Source: Bacillota bacterium (GTDB lineage: Bacteria; Bacillota; Sulfobacillia; Sulfobacillales; JAIMBI01). From it: a DNA stretch of 64,000 nucleotides. The notes beneath the pieces were generated by a model, which was given only the letters and a program-made list of their open reading frames with translations, ran no database searches and had not been told where the DNA came from. The stretch spans positions 9,661-73,660 of the forward strand of contig JAKADP010000005.1 in NCBI GenBank assembly GCA_021820465.1, in the 5' to 3' direction. Both the position numbers and the translations under genes were made by a program. The first letter of the stretch is position 1. Every line of letters starts with the position of its first letter. Below, one piece after another: positions 63,968-64,000 of the stretch.

Positions 63968-64000
63968 ATGGTGCTGGGGGCAGGTGTCGTGCTGGTGGTG
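63968..64000 (+). CDS. 5' end of an unidentified ORF (MVLGAGVVLVV...)
   Basis: AGGAGG, 4 nt, then ATG at 63968. Only 11 codons are visible. Confidence 0.25.
   Translation, partial: MVLGAGVVLVV

Noticed and set aside
1-64000. I searched for CRISPR arrays, rRNA or tRNA genes, transposases, integrases and phage genes.
   Set aside because: I saw no spaced direct-repeat arrays, no rRNA- or tRNA-like conserved blocks, and no recombinase or transposase motifs in any credible frame.

Overview
This is a visibly GC-rich bacterial chromosomal window (codon third positions are mostly G/C). Gene content looks Firmicute-like: rplM-rpsI-cwlD, a hemQ-hemE-hemH-hemY coproporphyrin-type haem cluster, a PrsA-like lipoprotein, arginase, moaA, cysH, trxA and speE. 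The taxonomic placement is inference only. I support about 65 CDS. They include many transporters (MMPL, ABC-2, two MFS, NicO/RcnA-like, VIT1, EamA, an HlyD-MacB-type set), several GNAT/FAD/glycosyltransferase enzymes, regulators (CsoR/RcnR-, Fur-, MarR-, LysR- and MntR-type, plus a lone receiver domain) and one VapBC toxin-antitoxin pair. I saw no rRNA, tRNA, CRISPR array, transposase or prophage. Many long ORFs in the supplied track are out-of-frame or antisense shadows, which is typical of high-GC DNA.

The main result is four thioredoxin-fold redox genes that each carry a single in-frame TGA exactly where homologues have the redox-active Cys:
- ArsC/Spx-like, 19834-20193
- glutaredoxin-like, 32449-32694
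- AhpC/TSA-like, 43011-43484
- AhpE/PrxU-like peroxiredoxin, 63351-63812

Each has a good SD and start upstream of the TGA, and an open frame through it. Three also have a hairpin with a GUG-containing apical loop 14-15 nt downstream. Two of those hairpins differ by a compensatory base-pair change. These are candidate selenoproteins, and the ORF track truncates all four.

Other notable points:
- a tandem-YbjQ gene that can only start at AUU
- an unusual operon of Sec-glutaredoxin-like gene, unknown gene, two tandem-YbjQ genes and an MFS transporter
- a promoter, 23-codon micro-ORF and terminator unit ahead of an ABC-2 exporter
- a structured leader that sequesters the SD ahead of an MFS gene
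- a C6-T-G6 CsoR/RcnR-type operator
- a perfect 24-bp inverted repeat between convergent genes
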